Below, one piece after another: positions 26,459 to 39,211 of a stretch of DNA of 64,000 nt. Numbering within the stretch: the first letter of the stretch is position 1; every line of letters begins with the position of its first letter. The DNA is from Octopus sinensis (lineage: Eukaryota). The notes beneath the pieces are model-generated. The model searched no databases. It had not been told where the DNA came from and saw only the letters and a program-made list of their open reading frames with translations. Made by a program: the position numbers and the translations under genes. The DNA is taken from assembly GCF_006345805.1 (NCBI RefSeq), contig NC_043004.1:7006001-7070000 (forward strand), written 5' to 3'.

Positions 26459-26979
26459 AGTTCAACTTTCAGATATTATAATGTTGGATTATTTATTCAT
26501 TTAACAAAATGAGAACCTCAATAGCATACATATATATCTTATAATTCATTACATATAAGATAAGAATACAAATTATAAAAGTCATAATATAAATTATTGA
26601 AATCATTAAAATCACTTCTTACAGCTGTTTCAGCCTATGGCTAAAAGTAGTTAATTTTATTTTTATTACCTATTGGTGTCAACATAGTTGTAGGCATTTA
26701 AAAATAGGGTACTTATATATATAACCAATGGCCTCATCAGAGGTTATAAGAAACTTTAAAAATATTAATATTAATACATTAAACATGATACACATATGTA
26801 ATATATATAAAAAATATGAACAAATATCCATATAGACATATACATATGCATATACATATACATATGGACACACATATACATACATGAGCAAAGTGTATAT
26901 ACTATTTACATGTGTAAAATACATAAATAAACACAATCCCATAGTGGGTTACACCCATAAACCCTATCTTACTTTGTAC
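26454..26979 (-). mobile_element. Non-coding element embedded in (TA)n, carrying a hammerhead motif (Penelope-like/retrozyme-like)
   Basis: (TA)n on both sides, no ORF, and the hammerhead motif described in the next feature. Confidence 0.5.
26606..26759 (-). ncRNA. Type I hammerhead ribozyme motif with palindromic minimal helix III and a 78-nt loop II
   Basis: Minus strand reads ttaaagtttctt[ataac]ct-CTGATGA-G-gccattggtta-(78 nt)-tagccataggc-T-GAAAC-AGCT-GT-A^-ag-aagtgattttaa. The core is intact. Helix II has 9 of 11 pairs. Helix I extends past a 5-nt bulge. Predicted GUA cleavage between 26620 and 26619. Confidence 0.65.
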
Positions 26980-26984
26980 TATAT

Positions 26985-27024
<40 letters not shown>

Positions 27025-27149
27025 CTCTTTACTGTGGCCATGCTGGAGCACCGCCTTTAGTCGAGCTAATCGACCCCAGGACTTATTCTTTGTAAAAGAG
27101 ACTGATAGAATAAGTACTAGACTTACAAAGAATAAGTCCTCAGGTCGAT

Positions 27150-27775
27150 TTGCTTGACTTGGTCACCTAGGTAATGGAAGCTATCAACTGCTTCTAGTTT
27201 TCCTCCCTGGAATGTGGCGGAAGTTGTCCTCTGTGCATTTTCAGTGTTTATTGCTCCTGAGCATCTGTCACATACAAAACTATCTTCCCAGTTAGCCTTC
27301 CTTTGATATTGCTGCACATCTTATGTGTCCATAGCTTACTCTGAGTACATCTTATAGAGTTTCTACCTAGGCCTCTACTACAGATCGAGCAGGGCCATCT
27401 ACCTGAAGGGATTTGTGGTTTGCCTGCCTTCCTACTTATTAGGACTTTGGTTATAGCTAGGTTGACTCTAAGGCCCTTTGATTCTAATCCTTGTTTCCAC
27501 ACTTAAAACTTCTTCTCTAGTTCTGATAGTGACTCAGCAATTAGAGTAAGCATAGCAGAGCTCCCAGGGGCATCCTGTCTTGAATTCCTCCGTTATTGCC
27601 TGGAGAACTATGATAAATAGGAGGGGCTGAGGACTGAACCTTGGTGGACCCCTACCTCTACCCTGAATTCTTCAGTGAACTCGTTGCCAACCCTCAACTT
27701 ACTGACAGCGTCCCTGTACATGGCTTAACCATTCATCTAGCTCTAGTTTCCTCATTGACCACCAGATAAGGGATC
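27150..27775 (-). pseudogene. RTE-clade LINE reverse transcriptase fragment
   Basis: Translates to VEVGVHQGSVLSP..FIIVLQAITEEFKTGCPWEL, LESKGLRVNLAITKVL and GRWPCSIC, with frameshifts. Confidence 0.9.
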
Positions 27776-27819
27776 GGGGGTGGGGGCGGGGTGGACCCTG
27801 TCAAAGGCTTTCAACATAA

Positions 27820-28200
27820 TGATGATAATGATGATGATGATGATGATGATAATGACAACAATGACCACGATGTTACATGTGCTTGATCAGAGTTGACCTG
27901 GGGCCAAAATAACGATAAATACAACAAAAAACAATACATCATGACAAGTATGACCACCACCATCACCAACACCACCCCAGCACCAACACCACCACCACCA
28001 CCACCACCACCACCACCACCACTACCACCACTGCCGCCGTTGCCACTGCTGCCACCACACATCACCACCACCACCACCACCACTGCTACCACTGCCATTG
28101 CTGCTGCTGCCATTGCTGCCGCTGCCACTGCCCCCCCCCCCGCCACCACTGCCATTTTTGCTGCTGCCACCACCGCCGCCACCACCACCACAATGACAAT
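27820..28200. repeat. (GAT)n, (CCA)n, (GCT)n low-complexity trinucleotide block
   Basis: Direct reading. Source of the poly-P/T/A/G ORFs. Confidence 0.9.
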
Positions 28201-28779
28201 CCAATGAATTCCAAATGCCTATCATTGATACTGTTGTCTGACATGTGTGTCTTACACATTTAAACAAAAGCCATACATGCAAACAACAAAATGGACATAA
28301 GCAGTCCACATCCACACTGGATATGTCATCGCTTCACATTATTAACCATCTGTTAGTCTCCTTAAGCCACATTAATACTTATAAAGCCAGCTAATAATCC
28401 AGATACCTCAGCATATTATTAGCTTTAATCTCTCTCTCTCTCTCTCCGTTTCTGTCTCCCTCTCTTTCCCACCTCCTCTGTCACCTTTACCTTTTCTTTC
28501 GCCTCCTCACCTACTCACTTTCTCCCTCTCTCTCTCTCCTTCAATGCCGGAGGGGATGGTGGTGGCTTTTAATGTCTTTCTACTCCTGTCCCTTGAGTCT
28601 TTCTTCAGTCCTGTCCACACCCTCACCCCAACGATAAACTTTCATTCCTTCGTCCAATGAAACACACCAGGTTCTATGTCTGAGTTTGAAAAAAAAAAAT
28701 TTTTTTTTAAAGTCAGGTTCTTTCATTTGGATGCGTGCACGCATTTTCAAAACTCATACGTATGGATGCATATATGTAC

Positions 28780-28960
28780 ACACATACACACACACAAACA
28801 CACGCACACGCACGCACACACACACACACACACACACAGACACACACGTATACATGAATGAACTGGGATATCTCTCTTTCACTCTCTTTTTCTTGCCCTT
28901 ACTCCTGATATTTATGTGTGTATATATATATATATATACACATACACACGCACACACACG

Positions 28961-28996
<36 letters not shown>

Positions 28997-29005
28997 CACA
29001 CACAT

Positions 29006-29093
<88 letters not shown>

Positions 29094-29420
29094 ATATATA
29101 TACACATACACACGCCACACACATACATACATATATATATATGTATATATATGTAGATATATATAAATATGTAGATACTAATGTATACTAATATATATAT
29201 GTGTGGGTGTGTGTATATATACACATACACACGCACACACATACATACATATATATATATATATAGATATATATATATATATAGATATATATATATATAA
29301 TATATATATATATAGATATATATATATATACACATACATGCATACATACATACACACATACATGCATGCATGCATACATACATACATACATGCATGCATA
29401 CATACATGCATGCATACACA
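28780..29420. repeat. Large compound (CA)n/(TA)n/(CATA)n microsatellite
   Basis: Direct reading. Confidence 0.95.
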
Positions 29421-29639
29421 CATCCCAATTTGTTTATGTGACCTTTTGAGAACTATCTGACATGTGAACACAGTATTGGCCTGTGGGAGATAAAATTTAG
29501 AGAAATCATGTTTGTTGTTGATATTCCTGAGTTACTAATGCATAGTGAACAGTAAACTAACCAGACAGCGAATTATATATACAAAAAGAAAAAAAAATGA
29601 TAAAATCAAGAAATTTATATAAATTATTTAGTGAATACT

Positions 29640-30062
29640 ACACAACAACTAGCTTCACTATTCTATTGCTACCCAGAAAATAACATCCATTCTGCTTCTG
29701 GCAACATATTCCGTGTTGTTTTTAATCAGACTACACAGCATTTCTTAAGAGTTTATTTGGCAGTCTAGCTGAGAATCATGCAACGATTTCATTGGTCGAA
29801 TCTAATGTAATGTAGCAGAGGATCATAACTAGAGGTTATTTTATTCAATATAATCTCTTTGTTAATCAGATTTATTTAAAAGATATTTAATTTTTTAAAA
29901 AATGTTATATATATATATATGTATACACACATATATATAACTTTCATTTTATTTGTAATCATTGCACAAATTCTCAAACTAATATCTTTTTAAATCAGTA
30001 AATGGTGTAGTAGTGAGAAATTTTAGCATTCAAAATGTTATTTGGAAAGTTTAGCAAGCTAG
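29640..30062 (-). repeat. Unclassified repeat, copy B of the inverted pair (partner 9845-10230)
   Basis: See copy A. Confidence 0.9.
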
Positions 30063-30286
30063 TTAGAAATACGATGATTACGACCAGTTAAGATACAGTG
30101 GCTATTTTCTCCTATGAAAATATTTTTGGTTTGGCACACTTTGATAGTCAGACAACTAGACAATATAGCTTCTGTTTTCTCATTTGCAGTTATTTTCATT
30201 ATTAATGACTTTTTCAAGTTTTGTCTTTGCTATTCCTAAAAATATGTTCTGGCCATCTGTTATGGGGTTAGTCTGGGTCGTTTTAA

Positions 30287-30622
30287 CCCTCTAACATTTA
30301 AACTGTCCACATCTGGTCCAAATATTCTACTTGTTTTATGTTTAAATTGGCAGATTTAGCCTCTCACGCCTAACTTACAATGTTGTTCCAAAACTAAACA
30401 ATCACATCATTCAAATTTCAAAGCTACAAGATAATGCCTGATTAGTTCAAAACACAGCGTAGGAGTGGCTGTGTGGTAAGTAGCTTGCTTACCAACCACA
30501 TAGTTCTAGGTTCAGTCCCACTGCATGGCACCTTGGGCAAGTGTCTTCTACTATAGCCTCGGGCCGACCAAAGCCTTGTGAGTGGATTTGGGAGACAGAA
30601 ACTGAGAGAAGCCTGTCGTATG

Positions 30623-30676
<54 letters not shown>

Positions 30677-30916
30677 GTGTATATGTCTTTGTCCCCCCAA
30701 CATTGCTTGACAACCAATGCTGGTGTGTTTACGTCCCCGTAACTTAGTGGTTTGGCAAAAGGGACTGATAGAATAAGTACTAGGCTTATAAAGAATAAGT
30801 CCTGGGGTTGATTTGCTCGACGAAAGGTGGTGCTCCAGTATGGCCACAGTCAAAAGACTGAAACAAGTGAAAGAGTAAAGCATTACTTTTGACAGAGTAA
30901 TCTGAATGCTAAAGAG
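30287..30916. mobile_element. TTAA MITE split by a SINE insertion
   Basis: MITE left part 30287-30455 and right part 30881-30916 (taatctgaatgctaaagag) flank the SINE. Confidence 0.75.
30456..30880 (+). mobile_element. CORE-type SINE copy nested in the MITE
   Basis: Match to 4717-5108. Confidence 0.9.
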
Positions 30917-31051
30917 TTATAAAGGAATTGGTGTGGGTGCTAGTGCCGTGTAAAAAGCACTGATGCTGGTGCTAATTAAAAAGCACTGGTGATGGTACCA
31001 CATGAAAAACGCCCAGTACACTCTGTAGAGTGGTTGGCATCAAAATAATAG

Positions 31052-31320
31052 TAATAATAATGAAATTATTGTATACAGTGCTCAGGTGCACCACAACTTG
31101 TCAAAAGTGCGTATAAAGCATATGCAGTAATGTACAACTGTCTGGAAAGTGAACAGTGTATGAGTCAGATACATGCATGCGTGTGTATAGAGGGGAGAAA
31201 ATCAGGTGTAGTGTTGGCGAATCTCAGGAAGCATGGAAGTTCTGTCAACTAACAACTGATGCCGGCAGTTTGTTCCATGCTTCAGTAACTCTTAGCATGA
31301 AAAAATGCTTCCAAAAGTCA
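31052..31320 (-). mobile_element. CR1-clade LINE 3' end fragment
   Basis: Near-identical to 60201-60480. Encodes KHFFMLRVTEAWNKLPASVVS. Confidence 0.8.
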
Positions 31321-32208
31321 TTAGAATGGTTTCTATATCTAGCTGTAGAAACCAAACCAAAACAAACTATGGAACCAAGTGCAGCCCTTGGCCTTATCAG
31401 TTCCTGTCAAAATGTCCAACCCATGCCAGCATGGAAAATAGATGCTAAATGATAATGATGATGATGATGATGATGGAGCCAAACTTCAGGTCGATTGTGA
31501 TGTAAGTCTTAATAATTCTCTGTAATTTTGGCACAAGGCCAGCAGTTTTGACTTGACTGGTATTTATTTATCAAAAACCTGAAAGAATGAAAGTCAAAGT
31601 TGACCTTGGAAGAATTTGAACTCAGGATGTAAAGGACTGGAAGACATGCTGCAAAGCAATATGTCTGATGTGCTAACAATTCTACCTTAGCAATGTCTTA
31701 AGAAAGCTCTTTCAGATGAAATAGTCTAATAAGTTTCAGAGATTCTTAGCACATCAATTTTATAACTTCCTTATGTCTTGTGAAGGTGTATAGCCTCTTG
31801 GTTAGGATATTAAGCTCATGATCATAAGGTCCTTGGTTCAATTCCTGTGCTGGGCAGTGTAATATGTTCTTGAGTGGGGCATTTCATTTTTGAAAAATGA
31901 ATAATGGCTAGTGTTGCTGCAACTCTTCCTCTTCTTCCATCTGTCCCATTCTGGGTGAGCTGCTGAGTCAAAACTGGGTGTGTGGGTGTTTGATCATAAT
32001 GACATAGCAACTTCAAACGAGTTGAAGGAGGCTCATCATCATCATCATCATCATCATCCCCCCCCCACCATCATCTTCAATTAATGTCTGTTTTCAATGT
32101 GCTGGGGAAGGTCTGACAGGAGCTGGTGAGCCAGAGGACTGCATCAAACCCTAATGTCTGTTTTGGCATGGTGTCTATAGTTGAATGCCCTTCCTAATGC
32201 CAACCATT

Positions 32209-32635
32209 AGGCTGTACAAGCTACGTACAGATATGTAGTAAATAAAGCTGAGATTCAACAATGATTTCACTGACAAATTTAGTGCGAAGGTAGGAGTCCA
32301 TCAATGTTCAGTCCTCAGCCCTCTCTTACTCATCACTGGGTCATCATTACGGACCATCACTGAGGAGTTTACCACTGGCTGCCCATGAAACCTCCTATAT
32401 GATGATGATCTAGTTCCTATGGTTGAATTTCAACTGGAATTAGAGAGAAAATGCCAGGCAGAGAAGCAAAACCTAGAATCGAGATGTTTCAAGGTAAACT
32501 TAGCAAAGACTAATGTTTTAGTAAGCAGGAAAGAAGTCAGGACCCTGTGGTTTTCAGATAAATGGCTTTGTTCAATGTGCAGGAAAGAAATTGGTATAAA
32601 CTCCATGTGCTGTATCCAATGTAAGCTATAGACAT
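32209..32635 (+). pseudogene. RTE-clade LINE reverse transcriptase fragment
   Basis: KVGVHQCSVLSPLL, TITEEFTTGCP*NLLYDDDLV, KVNLAKTNVLVS and WLCSMC. Confidence 0.85.
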
Positions 32636-33420
32636 GCAAGGTGTGTGGAGTAACTGTAGCTTTTTCCAGCTGAGCATCCCTAATCTCGTGGTCTCATAGG
32701 TGCTGATGTCATGTAGAAAGTGCCTGTGCTAGTGCTGCATAAAAGCACGCCGTACACTCTGTGGTTGGCATTAGGAAGGGCATCCAACCGTAGAAACCAT
32801 GCCAAAACAGACAAGGGGTCTGAATAGCTCTTCATTCAGCTGGTCAGCTTTTGTCAAACTGTCCAATCCATGCCAGCATGGAGAACGGATGGTAAATGGT
32901 GATGATGATGATGATGACGATGATGATGATACATATATAAGACCAGTTTGAGTGGATTTAGTTGAGAAAAACTGAAAGAATCTTTTCTAAAGCAAATTTT
33001 ACTAATAAGGGCTAATAAATCCAGAGAAATTAGATACTGGAAGACTCATTATGTGTGTGCATGTGTGACCTTGTATTGACTTTGTGTGATGGTTCTAAAT
33101 GAACATCACTGTCATGCAAGTGATATCCTACATTTCCAGTCTTCCATGAAAACTCCCTGGCCATTGGGAAATAGTTCCCTTGCTTAGAAACGAGTGCAGG
33201 TTTATACGGCAGAATGTATGCTGGTATGAAGTTAGTGTGTAGAGGTTGAGACATTTTGTATTCTGCAAAGCCTACATTTGCTGCCTCCTCCATCTTGTAT
33301 CTTTGACCTCTTATCTTCTTATTGCTTACCCTCACCCACTCATCTTACCCATCTGTCATTGTCTTACATCCTTTCATCTCTCATCTTATCATTTGTGCTG
33401 ACTGCATCATCATAATCCCT

Positions 33421-33964
33421 CGTTTCACTCATTTTGACTGTGGCCATGCTGGAGCACCGCCTTTAGTTAAGCAAATCAACCCCAGGACTTATTCTTTGTA
33501 AGCCTAGTACTTATTCTATCAGTCTCTTTTGCCAAACCGCTAAGTTACGGAGACGTAAACACACCAGCATCGGTTGTCAAGCAATGCTAGGGGGACAAAT
33601 ACACACACGCATATATATATATACATATATACGACAGGCTTCTTTCAGTTTCCGTCTACCAAATCCACTCACAAGGCTTTGGTTGGCCCGAGGCTATAGT
33701 AGAAGACACTTGCCCAAGGTGCCATGCAGTGGGACTGAACCTGGAACCATGTGGTTGGTAAACAAGTTACTTACCACACAGCCACTCCTGCGCCATATAT
33801 ACAACGGGCTTCTTTCAGTTTCCGTCTACCAAATCCACTCACAAGGCTTTGGTCAGCACTAGGCTATAGTAGAAGACACTTGCCCAAGGTTCCACACAGT
33901 GTAACTGAACCTGGAACCATGTGGTTGGTAAGCAAGCTACTTACCACACAGCCACTCCTATGCC
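33421..33964 (-). mobile_element. CORE-type SINE with tandemly duplicated head
   Basis: Head segment repeated at about 33630-33792 and 33800-33964. Confidence 0.9.
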
Positions 33965-34562
33965 TATTGAGTACTGTATCAGACCATCTTCACCTCTCTA
34001 CCATACTCTCTGTCCCTAGGCCATTTATAAGAGACTGCATCAAACCATCTATCTATTACACACTAAGTTTGCTTTTTCTGAACTGTCAGCTACCACTCTC
34101 TCTCCCTTCTATATCACTTTTATTGTTGCCCCTCACCTATTCTTATCCTTATTTCACCATCTATTGTTACCTTTGTCCTTTTCTACTATTGTCAGTTACT
34201 CTTTTACCAGTTCTGCCCAACATAATCCTATCTTTCTCATCAAACTTTTGTTCATTTCACCCACCCATTTCTGACATTTCTTTCTCTCTCTCCTTGGTCT
34301 ATATACACATCTTAAGTAATTGAGTACTACATTTACTATGTACAAGGCCCCTCCCTTTCAATGCAGAAAGCTTCCACCACACCCCATCCCATCCCACACC
34401 ATGCTCTTAGAGTGGTTGGTAAATGAGAACTCTGTAGTGCTGGCACCATGATAAAATGTACCCATTACAAGCTGTAAAGTAGTTGGCAAACAAGTACAGA
34501 AAACATGAGTTTATGGGATCTCCTAAGGCTTGTTTTGCTGGAGACTATTCAATTTCTCTTGA

Positions 34563-34990
34563 GATGCAGGAGTGGCTGTGTGGTCAGTAGCTTGCTTACC
34601 AACCACAAGGTTCTGGGTTCAGTCCCACTGCGTGGCACCTTGGGCAAGTATCTTCTACTATAGCCTGGGGCCGACCAAAGCCTTGTGAGTGGATTTGGTA
34701 GATGGAAACTGAAAGAAGGCCATCGTATATATGTATATGTATATATATATGTGTGTGTGTGTTTGTATGTGTGTGTTTGTATGTGTGTTTGTCCCCCCCA
34801 CCAACATCGTTTGACAACCGATGCTGGTGTGTTTACGCTCCCTTTACTTAGTGGTTCAGCAAAAGAGACTGATAGAATAAGTACTAGGCTTACAAAGAAT
34901 AAATCCTGGGGTCCATTTGCTCGACTAAAGGCAGTGCTCCAGCATGGCCACAGTCAAATGACTGAAACAAGTAAAAGAGTAAAAAGAGAG
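34563..34990 (+). mobile_element. CORE-type SINE copy
   Basis: Match to 4717-5108. Confidence 0.9.
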
Positions 34991-35315
34991 TATAGAGAGT
35001 ATGCTAATATGAGAAAATGCATTCAGTATACTCAAGAAAGTTGTTGGTAATAGGGAAAGCATCTAGACACAGAAACCAAGGCTTACATGTACCAATCTAT
35101 GAGAGTAATGGTTTCCAATGAGAAGTAACTTGGACCATGACAGCCTGCCTCACCCGTGCTAGAAAGTGGATGTAAAAAAACTACTATTATATACCTATGG
35201 TATGTCCACATAGTTTGCATTCTCAGTCTGGAGCCCTATCTTGTCCAGAATATCGATCTACTGGAAACTGTACAGAGATATGTAACCAGACAAATATCTT
35301 GCGTCAGTCACATAA

Positions 35316-35540
35316 CCTTTTAGCATTCAGACTACTCTGTCAAATATAATGCTTATTTATTCACATTATTTTGAATTAATCATGCTTTACCTCGTAGCTT
35401 TGAGGTTTTAATGATGTGATTGTAGATTTTTTAGAATAACATTGTAGTGTAGGTGTGAGAAGCTAGATTTGGTCAGTTTGAGCATAAAATTGGTGGAATA
35501 TTTGGGCTGGTTATGGTTGGTTTAATTAAATGCCAAAGTG
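35316..35540. mobile_element. TTAA MITE copy
   Basis: ccttttagcattcagactactctgtc ... aaatgccaaagtg-ttaa. Confidence 0.75.
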
Positions 35541-36609
35541 TTAACATGGCTAACTTCTTTGGGCCACAATACCACTACAGTGTTGACGTCTAGCATCTGA
35601 CTTGTTAGAAGCCCACAAGATTATCCACCATATTTCCAATGACAACTTTGGTCACCTTTCTGAATTCAATATCTTTCACACCTGTTAATCCCTCCTAATA
35701 TAGGCACAAGGCCTGAAATTTTGGGGAAGGTCAGTGAGGAGAAGGCTAGCCAATCACATCAACCCCAGTTGGGCTTCACGGAGGCGATGGTGAGTGACTG
35801 AGACCTTTGGAGATATGCTGTGCTTGAGAAGACCTTGCAAACCAAATGAAACCATAACCGTGGCCTATGCCGGTGCAGCATAACCAGCTCATTTAAAAGT
35901 ACCCTTCAATCATTGGGCAAGAAACTGTGCTTAAGGCGGCGAGCTGGCAGAAACGTTAGCACAACGGGCGAAATGCTTAGCAGTATTTTGTCTGCCACTA
36001 TGTTCTGAGTTCACATTCCACCGAGGTCGACTTTGCCTTTCATCCTTTTGGAGTCGATTAAATAAGTACAAGTTACGTACTGGGATCGATATAATCAACT
36101 TTATCCGTTTGTCTGTCCTTGTTTGTCCCTTCTGGGTGTAGCTCCTTGTGGGCAGTAAAGAAAAAAGAAATAAGAAACTGTGCTTGTGAAGACCTGTTGA
36201 GTCAAGTGAAGTCATTGTCGTGGCCAATTCCAGTACCGTCTGTCTGACACCTGTGTTGGTGCATGTAAAAAGCACCCACTACACTCTTACAGTGGTGGGC
36301 ATTAGAAAGGGTATCCAGCTGTAGAAACTTGATACAGATTGGAGCCTGGTATAGCCTCCTGACTTGCCAACCCTCAGTCAAACCGTCCAACCCATGCCAG
36401 TATGGAATGCAGACGTTAAAAGATGATGATGATGAACCTCTCCAAAGGATGAAGGACAAAGTTGGCGTCTGTGGAGTTTGAACTTGGTACACAAAGACAG
36501 TATGCTCTAACTTTGTCTGGTGTGCTAACGATTCTGCCAGCATACCACCTTCTGCTTATAAAAAAAAAAAAATAAATAAATAAAAAATAATAATAATAAT
36601 AATAATAAT

Positions 36610-37933
36610 GGAATATGAGTGAAGTAAAGAATATAGATAGGAAAATACGCAAGCTGCTGAGTTGTAATAGGATGCACCACCCAAAGGCAGATGTAGATCG
36701 CCTTTACCTTCCCAGAGCCCAAGGAGGTCGAGGCCTGATCCAATTTGAACTAGCTTACAAAACAATCACAATTGGACTGGCCAAATATCTCGAAATAACG
36801 AATGACTGGATGCTAAAGCTCGTGGAAAATCACGAGAGACAAAAGAAGCTTCATTCTATCATAAAGGAAAGCAAAAAATTTGCTATTGATCTCGTGCAGG
36901 ATACCCAAACTGAACAACCCGAGGGAAGTACGGCAACTATTGTTGCAAAGAAGGTGAAAATAATAGCAACGAAAAAAGCGTACGAGCAATTGGCTGATAG
37001 GTGGGAGGAGAAACCTCTGCACGGCAAATATGTGGCCCACAGCAAACAAACTGATGTTGACCAGAAGCAAACCCATCAGTGGCTACGGAGCTCAGGGCTA
37101 AAAGCAGAGAGTGAAGGTTTCATCCTGGCTGCTCAAGATCAAAGCCTATTAACCCGAAACTACCAGGCCAATGTGATGAAAAATGGAGCAGACCCAAAAT
37201 GCCGATTCTGCAACAACATGATTGAAACAGTGGACCACCTAATCTCTAGATGTAAAATCTTAGCACCAGTGGAGTATAAATTAAAATATGACAGAGTTGG
37301 CCAATATCTACACTGGCTAATAAGTCAGCATTACAATATCAAAACTGCCGACAAGTGGTATAATCACCACCCTGAAGCTGTAACTGAAGGAGAAAATGTA
37401 ACGATTCTGTGGGACTTTCCAGTACATACAGACCGAACCATCAAAGCCAATAAACCAGATATTGTTGTGAAAGACCAAAACAATAAAGTTTGCTTATTGA
37501 TCGACATGAGCATCCCCTGTGATCATAATATCTCGGCAAAAGAGTTTGACAAGCTCAGAAAATATAAAGACCTACTCATCGAAATTGAGAAAATGTGGCA
37601 TCTCAAGGCGGTTACAATACCAGTGATCGTAGGAGCACTAGGAATGATCAAGAAGGGAACTGAAAATTATATGAGAATGATCCCTGGCTTACCATCCCTG
37701 CAAGAAGTGCAAAAGATTGTCTTAACTGGTACATCACATGCATTGAGAAGAGCATTGTCGATGTGAGAACTATTACTACCCATGTATTTTAATTTAACTT
37801 TAAAAAAAAAAAAAAAATGAACGAACTATTGAGTTTAGTTTAATGGCCTACCAATGTATACTATGAGTTTCTTTGCCCTAGGAGTCGGGAAGACACTCAG
37901 CAAGAAATGGAAGCAAATTTGAAAGAAGAAAAA
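36610..37933 (+). mobile_element. 5'-truncated R4/Dong-clade non-LTR retrotransposon in a (TAA)n array
   Basis: (TAA)n immediately 5' (to 36609) and 3' (from about 37934). ORF as in the next feature. Dong elements are known to target TAA microsatellites. Confidence 0.85.
36615..37766 (+). CDS. C-terminal half of R4/Dong ORF: RT thumb region, CCHC zinc knuckle and restriction-like endonuclease
   Basis: HPKADVDRLYLPRAQGGRGL, KPLHG, AAQDQSL, CRFC..ETVDHLISRC, KPDIV..LIDMSIP..K..KY, PVIVGALG. Uninterrupted 383 aa. The ATG is probably internal, not a native start. Confidence 0.85.
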   Translation: MSEVKNIDRKIRKLLSCNRMHHPKADVDRLYLPRAQGGRGLIQFELAYKTITIGLAKYLEITNDWMLKLVENHERQKKLHSIIKESKKFAIDLVQDTQTEQPEGSTATIVAKKVKIIATKKAYEQLADRWEEKPLHGKYVAHSKQTDVDQKQTHQWLRSSGLKAESEGFILAAQDQSLLTRNYQANVMKNGADPKCRFCNNMIETVDHLISRCKILAPVEYKLKYDRVGQYLHWLISQHYNIKTADKWYNHHPEAVTEGENVTILWDFPVHTDRTIKANKPDIVVKDQNNKVCLLIDMSIPCDHNISAKEFDKLRKYKDLLIEIEKMWHLKAVTIPVIVGALGMIKKGTENYMRMIPGLPSLQEVQKIVLTGTSHALRRALSM

Positions 37934-37959
37934 AATAATAATAATGATAATAAAAATAA

Positions 37960-38611
37960 AAAATACAGAATAGACAACACAGCAGTAAGTGATAAGTGCA
38001 GAATCTGTGGACAAAATGGTGAAACTGTATGGTATATTACCAGCCAATGTATGCCACTAGCCCTGAAGGAATATAAGAGATGCCATGACATTTGCAACAA
38101 GTATGGACTTGTCAGAGCAAAAAATTGGCATGACCACAGACCTGAAGGGCTCGTCGAAAACAGAAATGCAACGATCCTATGGGATTTTATGATTCAGTGC
38201 GACCATGAGATAGAGAATAGGAAGCCGGACATAGTCTTGAGAAAGAAAACAAACTATGCTGGATCATAGATATAGCATGCCCAGCTGACAACAAGGTATG
38301 CAATAAGGAAAAAAGAAAAGTCGAGAGATATGACAGGTTAGCTTGGGAAGTTAAGCAGTTGTGGTCGATGGAAAAGGTAGTAGTAGTACCAATAACTGTC
38401 GGAACTCTGGGAACAGTGAGCAAAAATCTCGAGAAGTATGTGGAACAAATAGGGGCTGCAATAAGGGTAGAGCACTTGCAGAAAACAGCACTGCTTGGAA
38501 CTGCTTGAATACTCCGGAAGGTGCTTGAAAAAAAAGAGATGTTACCTTAGTTCACTAGTAGTGAACAGCTGACACTGTAGTACATCTCCAGCGTTAGAAG
38601 CTGTGCAAAAG

Positions 38612-38614
<3 letters not shown>
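37960..38614 (+). pseudogene. Second, divergent and decayed R4/Dong-type 3' fragment
   Basis: CRICGQNGETVWYITSQC, ILWDFMIQCD, RKPDIV, IIDIACPAD and VPITVGTLG, with frameshifts and a stop. Followed by (TAA)n at 38615-38653. Confidence 0.85.
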
Positions 38615-38653
<39 letters not shown>

Positions 38654-38655
<2 letters not shown>

Positions 38656-39211
38656 GCCCTGATGCAGTACCAGGCAGTGGCTCTCATGGCTTCTGATCTT
38701 AACTGATTGGAAGTGCTATCATGTACATTGTTTTGTCTTGGTATAAAAGATGGGCTACAGCAAATATTCTGTTCAATACCACAGATTTGCTTGTCAGTTG
38801 TTTGACCTTTACCAGTTGAGCATGTCCCTTAGTGGTTGACGATATGTGCATCTCTGATCACGAGCAGAAGTAGTGGGGGAGCATCATAGCCATGTGTTGA
38901 GAAGAATTCTTTGGGGTTTGAATGATTCACCTTTGGAAACATGGGTGTTTCATTCAACATCCTTAAACAACCCTTAATCAGGGACCTTTTGAGTGGGATG
39001 GGTTACCCAACCAGAAGAAAATTCTAACTGGTCCCCCACCCGCAAGATCATGTGCTGTTTATCTTGTTATGAGATCCCCATGTCGCGCACATATGGTTGT
39101 GATGCATGTGCCTGGTGTACCCTTATCAGACGAGTAGTCATGATGGGTATACTGGGCTTCGTATATTTGTACCCCAGTGTCACTTTGATGGCATGCACTG
39201 CTCTCTCACTC
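38654..39211. mobile_element. Unclassified non-coding element flanked by (TAA)n on both sides
   Basis: TAA tracts at 38615-38653 and from 39212. More GC-rich than the flanks, no convincing ORF. Confidence 0.5.

Noticed and set aside
27811-28315. Pro/Thr/Ala/Gly-rich ORFs resembling formin or mucin
   Set aside because: Trinucleotide low-complexity DNA open on both strands, with no convincing splice context or domain.
36615-37766. Domesticated host gene
   Set aside because: It is 5'-truncated at a TAA tract, lacks the RT core and keeps an element-type 3'UTR, consistent with an ordinary young insertion.
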